A program made the position numbers and the translations under genes. DNA of 64,000 bases, taken from the NCBI GenBank assembly GCA_963726745.1, contig CAVSDR010000003.1, positions 480,001 through 544,000 of the forward strand, in the 5' to 3' direction. Positions 10,058 to 19,759 of the stretch are shown here, piece after piece. How positions within the stretch are numbered: the first letter of the stretch is position 1; each line of letters begins with the position of its first letter. A model generated the notes under the pieces. That model did no database searches and was not told the origin of the DNA. It saw only the letters and a program-made list of their open reading frames with translations. The DNA is from an uncultured Verrucomicrobiae bacterium (GTDB taxonomy: Bacteria > Verrucomicrobiota > Verrucomicrobiia > Chthoniobacterales > UBA10450).

Positions 10058-10990
10058 ATGAGAACCCTCGCGCCGACGAATTCCTCCAGCGCCGCGGCCT
10101 GGCGCGCCTTTGAATTTCCCACGATCGACCAGGTGATGGTGGAGGAACGCGCGGCCGCCTTCACCAAGCGAAGCATCAAAACTTCCGCCAAGCTCGAGGG
10201 CTTGAAGCTGGCGGTCTCGATGATGGACCTGACCACGCTCGAGGGAAAAGACACGCCCGGGAAGGTGGCCTTCCTTTGCCGCAAGGCGATGCAACCAACC
10301 GATCCGCGCTACGACGTGCCGAGCTGCGCGGCGGTCTGCGTTTACCCGAACCTGGTGCGCGCGGCGAAGAAATTTCTCGGCGATTCCGGGGTCAAAGTTG
10401 CCTCGGTCGCGACCGCTTTCCCGACCGGCTTGATGCCGCTGAAATTGAAGCTCGAGGAAGTGCGCAGCGCTGCCGGCGACGGCGCGGATGAGATCGACAT
10501 GGTGATCGATCGCGGCGTCTTCCTTGCCGGCAATTACGCCAGAATAGCCGACGAGATCGCGGCCACGAAGGAAGCCTGCGGCGAGGCGCACCTGAAAGTG
10601 ATCCTCGAGACCGGCGAGCTCCAGACCTACGACAACGTCCGGGTCGCGAGCGAAATCGCGATGCGCAGCGGCGCGGATTTCATCAAAACCTCGACCGGCA
10701 AGGTGGAGCCGGCCGCGACCATTCCGGTGACGCTGGTCATGCTCGAGGCCATTCGCGATTACTTCTACGAAACCGGCATTCGCATCGGGATGAAACCGGC
10801 CGGCGGCATCCGCACCGCGAAGCAGGCACTGGCCTACCTGGTGATGGTGAAGGAGACGCTGGGCGACGATTGGCTCACGCCGGATCTCTTCCGCTTTGGC
10901 GCGAGCACCCTGGTGAACGACGTCCTCATGCAGATCGTGAAGAGCGTCGACGGCAATTACCAAAGCGGCGACTATTTCTCGCTCCCCTGA
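10058..10990 (+). CDS. deoC: Deoxyribose-phosphate aldolase
   Basis: DLTTLEG.DT, AAVCVYP, GADEIDMVI, LKVILETGEL, GADFIKTSTGK, KPAGGIR, RFGAS. Confidence 0.96.
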   Translation: MRTLAPTNSSSAAAWRAFEFPTIDQVMVEERAAAFTKRSIKTSAKLEGLKLAVSMMDLTTLEGKDTPGKVAFLCRKAMQPTDPRYDVPSCAAVCVYPNLVRAAKKFLGDSGVKVASVATAFPTGLMPLKLKLEEVRSAAGDGADEIDMVIDRGVFLAGNYARIADEIAATKEACGEAHLKVILETGELQTYDNVRVASEIAMRSGADFIKTSTGKVEPAATIPVTLVMLEAIRDYFYETGIRIGMKPAGGIRTAKQALAYLVMVKETLGDDWLTPDLFRFGASTLVNDVLMQIVKSVDGNYQSGDYFSLP

Positions 10991-11005
10991 TCCGGAGAAA
11001 ATTTC

Positions 11006-12556
11006 ATGGCTAAAAAAACTTCCCGTAGCAGCAGCAAAGCCCTCGCGGTTAAGCCGGAGAAAATCCTCACGGGCGGCCCCGTGGCCCTCCCGCCTAACGA
11101 GCGCAAGCTCAACTTCGGCGATCGCTGGAATTACACGCCCGCGCCGGAGGCGAACAACTACATCGAAGTAAAGAAGCGCTACTCGCTCTTCATCAACGGG
11201 AAGTTCGTCGCGCCGCATTCCGGAAAACATTTCCCCTCGATCAATCCTGCGACCGAGGAGCAACTGGCGGAGATCGCCGAGGGCGACGCGCACGATGTCG
11301 ATCTCGCAGTCAAGGCCGCGCGCACGGCTTACAACAAGACCTGGAGCAAAATGCCCGGGCGCGAGCGCGGAAAATATCTCTACCGGATCGCGCGCCTGAT
11401 TCAGGAAAAATCGCGTGAACTCGCCGTGCTCGAGTCGATGGATGGCGGCAAGACGATCAAGGAATCGCGCGACGTCGACCTGCCGCTGGTCGCGGCGCAT
11501 TTCTTCTACTACGCCGGTTGGGCGGACAAGCTGCAATACGCCTTCCCCGGCCGCACCCCGCAGTCGTTAGGCGTCGCCGGCCAGATCATCCCGTGGAATT
11601 TCCCGCTGCTCATGGCCGCATGGAAGCTCGCGCCCGCGCTCGCCTGCGGAAACACCTGCGTGCTCAAGCCGGCCGAAACCACCAGCATCACTGCGATGCA
11701 CTTGGCGGAGATTTTCCAGGAAGCCGGGCTGCCCGATGGCGTGGTCAACATCGTCACCGGCGCGCGCGCCACCGGCCAGGCGCTGGTCGATCATCCGGAC
11801 GTAAACAAGCTCGCCTTCACCGGCTCCACCGCCGTGGGCAAAATGCTCACGCAAGCGGTCGCGGGCACGAACAAGCGGCTCACGCTCGAGCTCGGCGGCA
11901 AGGCCGCGAACATCGTCTTCGAGGACGCGCCGATCGACCAGGCGATCGAGGGGATCATCGGCGGCATCTATTTCAACCAGGGCCACGTCTGCTGCGCCGG
12001 CTCGCGTTTGCTCGTGCAGGAGGGCGTCTTCCCGCAGGTCATCCGCAAGTTGCGCGATCGCATCGCGACCCTGCGCGTAGGCAATCCGCTGGATAAAAAT
12101 ACCGACATCGGCGCGATCAATTCGCGGATGCAGCTGGATAAAATTCACGAGCTGGTCGACAGCGGCCTGCAGCAGGGCGCGGAGCTGGTCCAGCCGCGGT
12201 GCAAGTTGCCGGCTAAAGGCTACTGGTATCCGCCGAGTTTCTTCACCGGCGTGACCGCCTCGCATCGCATCGCGCAGGAGGAAATTTTTGGACCGGTCCT
12301 GAGCGTGATGACCTTCCGCACCCCGGAGGAAGCGATCGAGCGCGCGAACAACACCATGTATGGCCTGAGCGCCGGCATCTGGACGGATAAAGGCAGCAAG
12401 ATCTTCAAGATGGCCTCGAAGCTCCGCGCGGGCGTGGTCTGGGCGAACACCTTCAACAAGTTCGACCCGACCAGCCCCTTCGGCGGCTACAAGGAGAGCG
12501 GCTTCGGCCGCGAAGGCGGGCTGCACGGGCTCGCGCCCTATCTCTCGTTAGGCTAG
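11006..12556 (+). CDS. Aldehyde dehydrogenase (acetaldehyde disposal, deoC-linked)
   Basis: IIPWNFP, LKPAE, FTGST, LELGGK, NQGHVCCAG, EEIFGPV, FGGYKESG. Confidence 0.95.
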   Translation: MAKKTSRSSSKALAVKPEKILTGGPVALPPNERKLNFGDRWNYTPAPEANNYIEVKKRYSLFINGKFVAPHSGKHFPSINPATEEQLAEIAEGDAHDVDLAVKAARTAYNKTWSKMPGRERGKYLYRIARLIQEKSRELAVLESMDGGKTIKESRDVDLPLVAAHFFYYAGWADKLQYAFPGRTPQSLGVAGQIIPWNFPLLMAAWKLAPALACGNTCVLKPAETTSITAMHLAEIFQEAGLPDGVVNIVTGARATGQALVDHPDVNKLAFTGSTAVGKMLTQAVAGTNKRLTLELGGKAANIVFEDAPIDQAIEGIIGGIYFNQGHVCCAGSRLLVQEGVFPQVIRKLRDRIATLRVGNPLDKNTDIGAINSRMQLDKIHELVDSGLQQGAELVQPRCKLPAKGYWYPPSFFTGVTASHRIAQEEIFGPVLSVMTFRTPEEAIERANNTMYGLSAGIWTDKGSKIFKMASKLRAGVVWANTFNKFDPTSPFGGYKESGFGREGGLHGLAPYLSLG

Positions 12557-13615
12557 CTAGCGTTCCGCGCGGGCGTCGAAGTACAGCAGGACAAACGCGA
12601 TCCCAAGCAGCGGCCGCAGGACCGCGTGCACCGCGCTGCTGAGGAGATCGAGCATCGGCGATCTCGCCAGCTCCTGGGTGCGCGCGATCGCCTGCTCAAA
12701 GCTGGTCACGCCTTGCAGGTGGACCATCAGATACGGCACCTCGACGATCGCGCTCGCGAGCACCAACAGCACCAGCCAGAGCGAGGCGATGATCGCGCCC
12801 CGCGCCAGCGGGCGCTCGAGAAAAGGCGCGGTCCGCCGGCTGCGCGCCAGTTCCTTGCTCTCCGCCAGCGCAGCCACGCCGTCGTGGTCGCCGATGGTCG
12901 CGCTCTGTTGCCAGAAGAGAAAATTAATGAAGAGCCGCCCGACCATGTAGACCTGGAATCCGAGCGCGAAGACGGCGAGCAGAAAGGAGAAAATGGATGG
13001 CGAACCGGCCACCAGCGCGACGGCGAGCAAGGGCAACGCGGTCCAAAAAAAGTAATTCCCGTAGACCAGGAGCGAGAGCCGGGCGAGCCGCGGCCAAAAC
13101 TGGAAGCTTCGCCGGAAGACTTCGCCCCATCGCAGCCCGCGTCCCGCGGCCAGATCGAGCGTGGCAAATTGCAGCCCACCGAGAAAGACCGGCCACGCGA
13201 GCATGAGCGCGATGACCGCGGGAATCGCAGCCATCCAGCCTTTGGTCATGCTCAAGGTTTCGCCTTGCGTCAGGTCCGGCAGTTCCAGATTCAGCCGCAG
13301 CAAAAACGACGGCACCGCCGGCAGGAGGGCGAGCAGAAGGAAGAGCGGAAAGCCGCGGAAGTAGATGCGGAAGCTTTCCGCCAGGAGGCCGGCAAAACTC
13401 CGGCGGCGAAAGACAGTCGCGAGTGCCGCCTCATCGGGCGTGATCGTGCGGAAGAGTTCCGGAAACTCCGAGGCCGCGCGCCACTCGGTCGCGTTCTCCG
13501 GGCGCACTTCGTTTTCCGCGATCAAGCGCCCTTCCGCTTTCCATTCCTGGAGCGTCTCGAGGTCGACCGGGCCGTATTCTTTTCCCTGCACGCGCACGAA
13601 CCAATCTTCCGTCAT
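12557..13615 (-). CDS. GYF_2 (DUF4339)-domain multi-pass membrane protein
   Basis: N-terminal W....GKEYGPV...L..W..EGRL..W..A..FPEL followed by several hydrophobic helices. Confidence 0.75.
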   Translation of the reverse strand: MTEDWFVRVQGKEYGPVDLETLQEWKAEGRLIAENEVRPENATEWRAASEFPELFRTITPDEAALATVFRRRSFAGLLAESFRIYFRGFPLFLLLALLPAVPSFLLRLNLELPDLTQGETLSMTKGWMAAIPAVIALMLAWPVFLGGLQFATLDLAAGRGLRWGEVFRRSFQFWPRLARLSLLVYGNYFFWTALPLLAVALVAGSPSIFSFLLAVFALGFQVYMVGRLFINFLFWQQSATIGDHDGVAALAESKELARSRRTAPFLERPLARGAIIASLWLVLLVLASAIVEVPYLMVHLQGVTSFEQAIARTQELARSPMLDLLSSAVHAVLRPLLGIAFVLLYFDARAER

Positions 13616-13702
13616 GCGCGATTATCGACGCGGAAGCGCGCGAATACGAATCGCGCGAAAAAGGCGGGTGAAGCCCGCTGCTGCGTGGCTACGGTGCTCT
13701 TC

Positions 13703-14617
13703 GTGAAACTCCTCCTGGTCGACGGCCATTATTACGTTTACCGCTCGTTTTTCGCTCTTCCCGCGCTCTCGAATTCCCGCGGCGAACCGACGAACGCGAT
13801 CCTTGGTTTTGCGAAGACCGTGCGCCGGATGTTGAAAGATCTGCAGCCGGAGATGGGCGCGATCTTCTGGGATGAAGGTCTGCCGCAAAAGCGCGTGGAG
13901 CTGCAGCCGGCCTACAAGGAAACGCGCAAGGAAATGCCGCAGCCGATGGTCCCGCAGCTCGCGCTCATCCGCCGCCAGCTCACCGGCCTGATGGGCTTCC
14001 AGAACATCTCGCTGCCTAATACCGAGGCCGACGATCTCATGGGCTGCTACGCGATCGCCGCGCGTCGTCGCGGCTGGGAAGCGATCCTGGCGACGAACGA
14101 CAAGGACTTGTTCCAGTTGGTCAACGACCAGGTGAAAGTCTACACCACCGCGAAGGCGGACCTGCTGACGCCGAAGGACACCTACGCGCTCCTCGGCGAG
14201 CAGGAAGTGCTGGCTAAATGGGAGTGCTCCCCGAAACAGATCGGCGACGTGCTCGCGATTGCCGGCGACTCCGTCGACAACATCCCCGGCGCCGGCGTGG
14301 GCCGGAAAGCGGCCGCGGCGTTGCTCCGCGAACATGGCGACCTCGAGACGCTCCTGGCCAATCTCGACCGCGTGAAAAGCGCGCGGACCCGCGAGAAGCT
14401 GGCGGCGGCGCGCGAGCAAATTTTGCAGAACCGGAAAATGGTCGAGCTCGATTGCGACACGCCGCTGCCGTTGCCGCTGGACGACCTGCGCATTCGCCCG
14501 GATTACCCGGCGTTAATCGGTTTCCTGGAGCAGCACGAGATCAAATCCGTCCTCCAGGAGGTGCGCGACGAGGCCGCGAAGGTGGGAATCGCCCAGCAAA
14601 GCGAGCTTTCCCTGTAG
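13703..14617 (+). CDS. Stand-alone 5'-3' exonuclease / flap endonuclease (Pol I N-terminal-like)
   Basis: GTG start KLLLVDGHYYVYRSFFA; EADD, DKDLFQL, GDSVDNIPG.GVG.K.A motifs; no polymerase domain. Confidence 0.92.
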   Translation: MKLLLVDGHYYVYRSFFALPALSNSRGEPTNAILGFAKTVRRMLKDLQPEMGAIFWDEGLPQKRVELQPAYKETRKEMPQPMVPQLALIRRQLTGLMGFQNISLPNTEADDLMGCYAIAARRRGWEAILATNDKDLFQLVNDQVKVYTTAKADLLTPKDTYALLGEQEVLAKWECSPKQIGDVLAIAGDSVDNIPGAGVGRKAAAALLREHGDLETLLANLDRVKSARTREKLAAAREQILQNRKMVELDCDTPLPLPLDDLRIRPDYPALIGFLEQHEIKSVLQEVRDEAAKVGIAQQSELSL

Positions 14618-14686
14618 GCCGGAAAATTCCCGGAAAATTCCTTGAACGTCCGCCGCGGGCCGCTGTCTCACTTATCAGGTTAAGGC

Positions 14687-14754
14687 GATTCGGGCGGCGG
14701 CACGTTTTCCGTATTTGTTGTTTCTCCTACGTGCGTCGCCCGGATCTTTTTTTT
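14687..14754 (+). terminator. Long stem-loop followed by T8 (terminator-like; possible sRNA)
   Basis: gattcgggcggcggcacgt pairs with acgtgcgtcgcccggatc; 23-nt pyrimidine-rich loop; TTTTTTTT at 14747-14754. Confidence 0.6.
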
Positions 14755-14837
14755 GCCATCTCGTCGGCTAAATTCTGAGCCGCACTCCGGAGTTGTCAGG
14801 CTCCTCGCGCTCTGCTGAGGTTTCCCCTCGCCTTTCC

Positions 14838-16166
14838 ATGGAATCCTCTTCTTTCGGCCTGCGTGGCTATGTGATCGATGCGCCGCAGTTCGGCACCTTG
14901 CGCGGGCTGCGCGACGGCGCCGTGGTCGTGGAAAATGGCCGCATCGCCGCGATTGGCGATTACCAGGAGCTCCGCCGCCAGGGCAAGCCCGGCCTGCGCT
15001 GGATCGAGCACGAGGACGCGGCGATTTTCCCCGGGCTGGTTGATTGCCACACGCATCTCCCGCAATACCCGGTAGTCGCCCGCGGGCAGGACGCGCTCCT
15101 GCCCTGGCTGCGCGAGAATATTTTCCCGACGGAGCGCGAGTTCAGCGGGCCCAAGGCGCGTGAGGAAGCGCCGCGTTTCTTCCGCGAGCTCGCGCGCCAC
15201 GGCACCACCACTGCGATGGTCTACAGCGCGATCTACGAGGAGAGCACCGATGCCGCTTTCGAGGCCGCGGAACGGAGCGGCCTGCGCGTGATTCTCGGCA
15301 AGATGATGATGGACCTCGGCTCCTACGGGTCGCTTCAGCCGAAGAAAATCCTCAGCATTTCCCTGCGCGAAAGCGAGACGCTTTGCCGGAAGTGGCACGG
15401 CGCGGCCGAGGGGCGAATAGACTACGCTTTCAGCCCGCGTTTTGCCGTCACTTGCTCGGAGAAATTGATGCGCAGCGCCGCGGAGCTCGCGCGCGAGCAC
15501 GGCGCCTATCTCCAGACGCACCTCGCGGAAAACCGCGAGGAGATCGAGAAAGTGCGCAATCTCTACATGTGGGCGCGCGACTACACCGACGTCTATGAGC
15601 AGGCCGGAATGCTCACGCCGAAGACCATGCTCGGGCATTGCATCCATCTTTCAGCGCGCGAGGTCAGCGCCATCGCCGGGGCGCGCTCCGCGGTCGCGCA
15701 TTGCCCGACCTCGAATCTCTACCTCGGCAGCGGCGTGATGAAGCTCGACCAGCTCCGCGCTGCCGGCATCGCCGTTGGCCTCGGTTCCGACGTGGCCGCC
15801 GGACCGGAATTAAACCTGTGGCAGGTGATGCGCTCCGCGGTGGAATCGCAGCGCGTGCGCGCCTTTTACGAGCCGGAGGTGCAACCGCTCCGCCTCTCGG
15901 AAGCGTTCTACCTCGCGACCGCCGGCGGGGCCCATGCTCTCGGCAAACAAAACGTGATTGGAACTCTCGATGTCGGAAAGGAAGCGGACTTGCTCGTGGT
16001 CGACCTGGCCGCGCTGCATCCGTATGGACGGGAGCGCGCGCGTTTCCTGGAGATGTCGAAAGAAGACGTGATCGCGCTGTGCGTTTACCGCGGCGGCCCG
16101 CATGGAACGCGCGAGGCCTTCGTGCGCGGGCGCTCGGTCTACCGCGCCAACGGAGAGGCGGCCTGA
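14838..16166 (+). CDS. guaD: Guanine deaminase
   Basis: PGLVDCHTHLPQ, LLPWL...FPTE, PRFA.TCS, QTHLAEN, GHCIHL, HCPTSN..LGSG, GLGSDV. Confidence 0.92.
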   Translation: MESSSFGLRGYVIDAPQFGTLRGLRDGAVVVENGRIAAIGDYQELRRQGKPGLRWIEHEDAAIFPGLVDCHTHLPQYPVVARGQDALLPWLRENIFPTEREFSGPKAREEAPRFFRELARHGTTTAMVYSAIYEESTDAAFEAAERSGLRVILGKMMMDLGSYGSLQPKKILSISLRESETLCRKWHGAAEGRIDYAFSPRFAVTCSEKLMRSAAELAREHGAYLQTHLAENREEIEKVRNLYMWARDYTDVYEQAGMLTPKTMLGHCIHLSAREVSAIAGARSAVAHCPTSNLYLGSGVMKLDQLRAAGIAVGLGSDVAAGPELNLWQVMRSAVESQRVRAFYEPEVQPLRLSEAFYLATAGGAHALGKQNVIGTLDVGKEADLLVVDLAALHPYGRERARFLEMSKEDVIALCVYRGGPHGTREAFVRGRSVYRANGEAA

Positions 16167-16169
16167 CCC

Positions 16170-17015
16170 GTGGAGACGCACGATCCCATCGCCGCCGCGC
16201 TCGCCGAGGACATCGGCGCCGGCGACATCACCTCGAAGTATTTCGTCCCGCCGGGCACGCAGGCGCTGGCCCGGATCATCCCGCGCGAACGCGCCATCCT
16301 CGCCGGGGCCGATACCGCGGCGGAAGTTTTTCGCCGGGTCGATCCGCGGCTGCAAGTGCAGGTCTTGTTGGAGGACGGCAGCTCGTTGACCGGCGGCGAG
16401 ACGATTCTGGAAGTGCGCGGCGCCGCCTGTTCCATCCTCACCGCCGAACGCGTGGCGCTTAATTTTCTCCAGCGCCTTTCCGGCATCGCCACGCTCACGC
16501 GGCAGTTCGTGGAAGGTGTCGGCAAATCCAAGGCGCAGATCCTCGACACTCGCAAGACCACCCCAGGTCTGCGCGCGCTCGAGAAGGCCGCGGTCCTCGC
16601 CGGCGGCGGGGTCAACCATCGTCTCGGCCTCTACGACATGGTCCTGGTGAAGGACAACCACTTGATGACGCACAGCGGTTTCAGCGGCCTGGCGGAGGCG
16701 ATCGCCCGCGTGCGCGCGGAACATCCGGAGATGCGGATCGAGGTGGAAGCCGACCGCCTCGACCAGGTGCGCGCGTTGCTCGAGATCGACGGGATCGACG
16801 TCATCTTGCTGGATAATATGGCCCCGGGTGAGATGCGCGAAGCGGTCGCGGTGGGAAAAGCCAAGGGCGTGAAATTCGAGGCCAGCGGCGGGGTCACCCT
16901 GAAAAACATCCGGCAAATCGCCGGCAGCGGAGTCGACTACGTGAGCGTCGGCGCCTTGACCCACTCCGCGCGCGCGATCGATCTCTCGCTGGAACTCACG
17001 CATGTCGCCGGCTGA
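16170..17015 (+). CDS. nadC: Quinolinate phosphoribosyltransferase
   Basis: ALAEDIG.GDIT, ERVALN.LQ.LSGIAT, DTRKTTPG.R, HR.GL.D..LVKDNH, LLDN, EASGG. Confidence 0.97.
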   Translation: METHDPIAAALAEDIGAGDITSKYFVPPGTQALARIIPRERAILAGADTAAEVFRRVDPRLQVQVLLEDGSSLTGGETILEVRGAACSILTAERVALNFLQRLSGIATLTRQFVEGVGKSKAQILDTRKTTPGLRALEKAAVLAGGGVNHRLGLYDMVLVKDNHLMTHSGFSGLAEAIARVRAEHPEMRIEVEADRLDQVRALLEIDGIDVILLDNMAPGEMREAVAVGKAKGVKFEASGGVTLKNIRQIAGSGVDYVSVGALTHSARAIDLSLELTHVAG

Positions 17016-17604
17016 GCCGCTCGACGCCGCCCAGCTTCAAGCCGCGCTCCGCGGCAGCACGCTTGGCCGCGAAGTGGTCGTCCTCGCGGAGACCACTTCC
17101 ACCAACGACCACCTCTTCGCATCGGTCACGGCCATGACGCCGGAAGGCCTGGTCGTCTTCGCCGAGAAACAGACAGCAGGACGTGGTCAATACGGGCGGC
17201 ATTGGGAATCGGCGCCGCGGCTCGGCCTGTGGTTCTCGGTTCTCCTGCGGCCGCGAATATCACCGGACGCGACCCCTCGCCTAACGAGTTGGGCCGCGCA
17301 GGCGATCGCGCGCGCGCTCGCGCCGGAAGCGACGGTCAAGCCGCCGAACGACGTCTACCTCGACGGCCGGAAAGTCGCCGGCGTGCTCCTCGAGATGCGC
17401 GCCGTCCCTGGCCAGCCGCACCTCGGCATCCTGGGAATCGGGATCAACGTCCTCCAGCAAGCGGACGACTTTCCGGCAGAACTCCGCGACCGGGCCGCCT
17501 CGCTGGCGATGCTGCGCCCGGAGGCAAAAATTAGCCGGCAGGATGTCGCCGTGCAGGTGCTTCGCGAACTCGACCGGACCTACCGCGCGGCGCTTAATTT
17601 CTGA
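17002..17604 (+). CDS. birA: Biotin--protein ligase (no HTH domain)
   Basis: STND, QTAGRGQ.GR.W, KPPND, KVAGVL.E, GIGIN. Confidence 0.9.
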   Translation: MSPAEPLDAAQLQAALRGSTLGREVVVLAETTSTNDHLFASVTAMTPEGLVVFAEKQTAGRGQYGRHWESAPRLGLWFSVLLRPRISPDATPRLTSWAAQAIARALAPEATVKPPNDVYLDGRKVAGVLLEMRAVPGQPHLGILGIGINVLQQADDFPAELRDRAASLAMLRPEAKISRQDVAVQVLRELDRTYRAALNF

Positions 17605-18626
17605 AGCGCGCGCAGCTTCTCGAGCGCGCGGCCGCTGTCGATCTGTTCCGCCGCGAGCGCGATCCCGTCCTTCAAGTCGAAGGCCAGGCCCGCGACCACA
17701 AACCCCGCGCCGGCGTTGACCAAGGCGAGGTCGCGTTTCGCCCCGCGCATTTCGCCCGCAAGCAGCGCCGTGAGCGTGGCCGCGTTTTCCGGCGCCTGCC
17801 CGCCGCGCAATTCCTCGCGCGCGCCCTCGGCAATCCCGAGCCAGCGCGGATCGATCACCGCCGCGCTCACCTTCCCGTCGCGCAATTCCGCGAGCGTCGT
17901 CGGGCCGCTGGTGGAGATGTCGTCCACCCCGCCGCCGCCCGCGACCGCGCCGTGGACGATCCAGGCTTTCTCGCGCTGCAATTGCCGCAGCACCTCCGCA
18001 AAAACACTCGTTAGGCGCGGCGCGTAAACGCCGATCAACTGCCGCGCCGGGCGCGCCGGATTCAGCAGCGGGCCGAGCAAATTGAAAATCGTGCGCGTGC
18101 CCGCGCGGGCGAGCTGCGCGCGCATTTCCGCAAGCGCGCGGAAAGCCGGGTGGTAATGCCGCGCAAAGAGGAAGCCGACGCCGATCTCCCGGAGGCTGCG
18201 TCGCAATTCCTCCGGCTCCCACTGCAGCCGGATGCCGAGCGCCTCGAGCACATCCGCGCTCCCGCACGCGGAGGTGACGCTGCGATTGCCGTGCTTGACC
18301 ACGCAGGCGCCGCCCGCCGCGAGGATGAACGTGATCGTGGTCGAGACGTTGAAGAAATCGAGCCCGGAGCCGCCGGTCCCGCAGACGTCGAGCATCGGCC
18401 CCGGCAGATCTTGCTGTCTAATTCCGGGATCGATCGCGCGATCGATCAATTGCTCGACGAAGCCGGCGATCTCCTCCGCGCTTTCGCCTTTCGCGTGCAG
18501 CGCCGTCAGGAAGGCCGCCTTTTGCTCGGCCGGCGTGGTCTCGGAAAGGAGGCGCGCGACCGCGAGCGCAATTTCGCCCGCGTCCAGGTCGGTGCCGCCC
18601 TGGAGCTTTTCCGTGAGGGTCTTCAC
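17580..18626 (-). CDS. trpD: Anthranilate phosphoribosyltransferase
   Basis: DVCGTGG, NVSTT, KHGNRS.TS.CGSAD.LE, RTIFNLLGPL.NP; GTG start overlaps the upstream stop. Confidence 0.95.
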   Translation of the reverse strand: MKTLTEKLQGGTDLDAGEIALAVARLLSETTPAEQKAAFLTALHAKGESAEEIAGFVEQLIDRAIDPGIRQQDLPGPMLDVCGTGGSGLDFFNVSTTITFILAAGGACVVKHGNRSVTSACGSADVLEALGIRLQWEPEELRRSLREIGVGFLFARHYHPAFRALAEMRAQLARAGTRTIFNLLGPLLNPARPARQLIGVYAPRLTSVFAEVLRQLQREKAWIVHGAVAGGGGVDDISTSGPTTLAELRDGKVSAAVIDPRWLGIAEGAREELRGGQAPENAATLTALLAGEMRGAKRDLALVNAGAGFVVAGLAFDLKDGIALAAEQIDSGRALEKLRALQKLSAAR

Positions 18627-19729
18627 GCAGCTTGCGCGGACATGCGCGAAAGCCATTCGCGATAAATCAGCGGCGAGATTTCCGAGGGCTTGATCTCGCT
18701 CCGGCCACCCCAGAAAACGTTCGTGTAGCTCACCGGAATGCCGCAGGCCGCGAGGTGCTGGTCGATCGCGCGCTTATGCTCGAGGAGCAGCTCTTTGTCG
18801 GTCCCGTGCGCCACCGCCATGATGTTCACGTGGCGGAATTCCGCGCCGGCTTCGCGCCAATAGCAATGCGTCAGGATGTGGTGCCGCCCGACTTCGCCGC
18901 CCGCCTCCACTTCGCGACCCGCCGGCACCGCCCAATGGAAGAGCGCGTTGAAGCGGGTCACGCGCACGCCCGTGCCCGAAGGCTTCACGTGCTCGAGGAA
19001 AGTGGAGAAACGGCCGATGACTTTGCGCTCGTTGAGCGACTCCGCGATCCGGCAAAATTCCTCCAGCGACACGCCTGCTTCCGCCGCCCGCGCGCTCCAG
19101 GGTGACGGCTGAATTTCCTCCGGGGCGAACTCGCGCTTCAAGGCCAGGAGCACTTCCCATTCGCGGTCGCTCACCTCAGCCACATGCACCGGCGCCATCG
19201 TCGCGGGCGCGTCCGCTTTGCTCCCGGGCTCGATCGTTTTCCGCCGCACATGCCCGACGCCGAGGGTGAAAATTCCCTTCGCCGGCATCAGGCGAAAGTG
19301 ATCCGCACCGACATGCTGCGCGAGGATTTCGCCATGGCGCTGGAGCGAATAGCCATGCGGCACTTTCACCGTCGTCCAGAGTTTGTAATCGGAGCCGGCA
19401 GTGACCGCATCGGTCGAACGCAGGACCACGTGCCCGGAGAATGGGTCCTCCTGGAACATGTAATCGAAAGCGCTGTCTAATTTCTCCGGCGGCACCTTCC
19501 AGGCGACGAGCGCGCCATCGGCCAGGTTGGTCGCGAGCAAAGTCTGGCGCACCCGGCGGATCGTCCCCGCGCGCAACATCGCCGCGATCCGCGCGATCAC
19601 CGTGGCCTCATCCACCCCGGAGCGCGCGGCGATTTCCGCGAAGGGCTCGCGCACGAACCCGGCGATTTTGTCCTCCGAGATGGCGAGGATTTTTTCGTTT
19701 ACGGGGTCGTTGTGTTCCACGGGCAGCAT
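18623..19729 (-). CDS. Lrp/AsnC-fold two-repeat protein, fused siroheme decarboxylase (AhbA/AhbB, NirDL-like)
   Basis: Two HTH+AsnC repeats (EPFAEIA..G.IRR; PW...A..G.IGRF); NAL..W.VP and THCY.R motifs. Confidence 0.7.
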   Translation of the reverse strand: MLPVEHNDPVNEKILAISEDKIAGFVREPFAEIAARSGVDEATVIARIAAMLRAGTIRRVRQTLLATNLADGALVAWKVPPEKLDSAFDYMFQEDPFSGHVVLRSTDAVTAGSDYKLWTTVKVPHGYSLQRHGEILAQHVGADHFRLMPAKGIFTLGVGHVRRKTIEPGSKADAPATMAPVHVAEVSDREWEVLLALKREFAPEEIQPSPWSARAAEAGVSLEEFCRIAESLNERKVIGRFSTFLEHVKPSGTGVRVTRFNALFHWAVPAGREVEAGGEVGRHHILTHCYWREAGAEFRHVNIMAVAHGTDKELLLEHKRAIDQHLAACGIPVSYTNVFWGGRSEIKPSEISPLIYREWLSRMSAQAA

Positions 19730-19759
19730 CGCGCTTTAATAAGGCGGTCGCGCGGGCCA

